The notes beneath the pieces are model-generated. The model was not told where the DNA came from. It ran no database searches and saw only the letters and a list, made by a program, of their open reading frames with translations. From an uncultured Phycisphaerales bacterium (GTDB lineage Bacteria > Planctomycetota > Phycisphaerae > Tepidisphaerales > Tepidisphaeraceae), in contig CAVWVQ010000003.1 in assembly GCA_963758525.1 (NCBI GenBank), forward strand, positions 2,176,001 to 2,240,000: a stretch of 64,000 nt of DNA, in the 5' to 3' direction. A program made the position numbers and the translations under genes. Below, piece after piece: positions 63,624 to 64,000 of the stretch; position 1 is the first letter of the stretch; each line of letters starts with the position of its first letter.

Positions 63624-64000
63624 GTGATCTCGGTTTCCAGGTTAACGAAAATTTACGGCCAGGTATTGGCGGTAGACGGAATCAGCTTTGAGGTGCCCAA
63701 GGGGCAGATTGTTGGATTCCTCGGGCCCAACGGCGCGGGAAAGTCCACCACGCTCCGCATGCTCACCTGCTATCTCCCGCCCACCAGCGGCGGAGCGACC
63801 GTCAACGGATTTGACATCTTCCACGAATCCGAAAAGGTCCGCGAACACCTCGGCTACCTTCCGGAAAACGTTCCGCTCTATACGGAGATGCGCGTCGAGG
63901 AATATCTCGATTTTCGCGGCCGGCTCCGAAAGATGGACCGCCCCAGCCGCAGGTCGCGAATCGACTACGTCATTGAGCGCTGCTGGCTCGGCAGCGTGCG
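63624..64000 (+). CDS. ABC-2 type transporter ATP-binding protein (partial, runs off window)
   Basis: GTG after [41 protein letters not shown]. Confidence 0.9.
   Translation, partial: MISVSRLTKIYGQVLAVDGISFEVPKGQIVGFLGPNGAGKSTTLRMLTCYLPPTSGGATVNGFDIFHESEKVREHLGYLPENVPLYTEMRVEEYLDFRGRLRKMDRPSRRSRIDYVIERCWLGSV

Overview
GC-rich bacterial chromosomal segment, most consistent with a Planctomycetota (probably Phycisphaerae-like) genome; taxonomy is inferred from gene content. 1-22.8 kb (minus): a Wzx/Wzy-type exopolysaccharide locus (acyltransferases, two FkbM methyltransferases, flippase, GT4s, a WecA-GT4 fusion, O-antigen-ligase/TPR protein, Wzc) with a PEP-CTERM protein and an exosortase. 23-33 kb: OmpH/Skp lipoprotein, TMTC-like GT-C/TPR protein, a small TA-like pair, Fic, DUF805-SRPBCC, PA0069 radical SAM, ferredoxin, an extremely acidic protein and a degenerate TIM barrel. 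33-49 kb: asd, DEAD-box helicase, MsbA-like ABC exporter, nuoA, mtnA, aspartic protease, nuoJKLMN. 49.4-55.7 kb: a tightly coupled operon of three GT-C membrane transferases plus a DUF2156 aminoacyl-tRNA-dependent transferase (best candidate for an undescribed system), preceded by an HPD-less HscB-like gene. 56-64 kb: Lnb/DUF4105, HEAT lipoprotein, coiled-coil and small membrane proteins, GNAT, flippase, TonB, partial ABC ATPase. Intergenic DNA carries several families of palindromic elements, one inserted in frame in a gene. About 13 genes are broken by apparent 1-2 nt deletions at or next to GCGC, most likely sequencing errors. No rRNA, tRNA, CRISPR array or transposase was recognised. All calls are by motif recognition; no database search was run.
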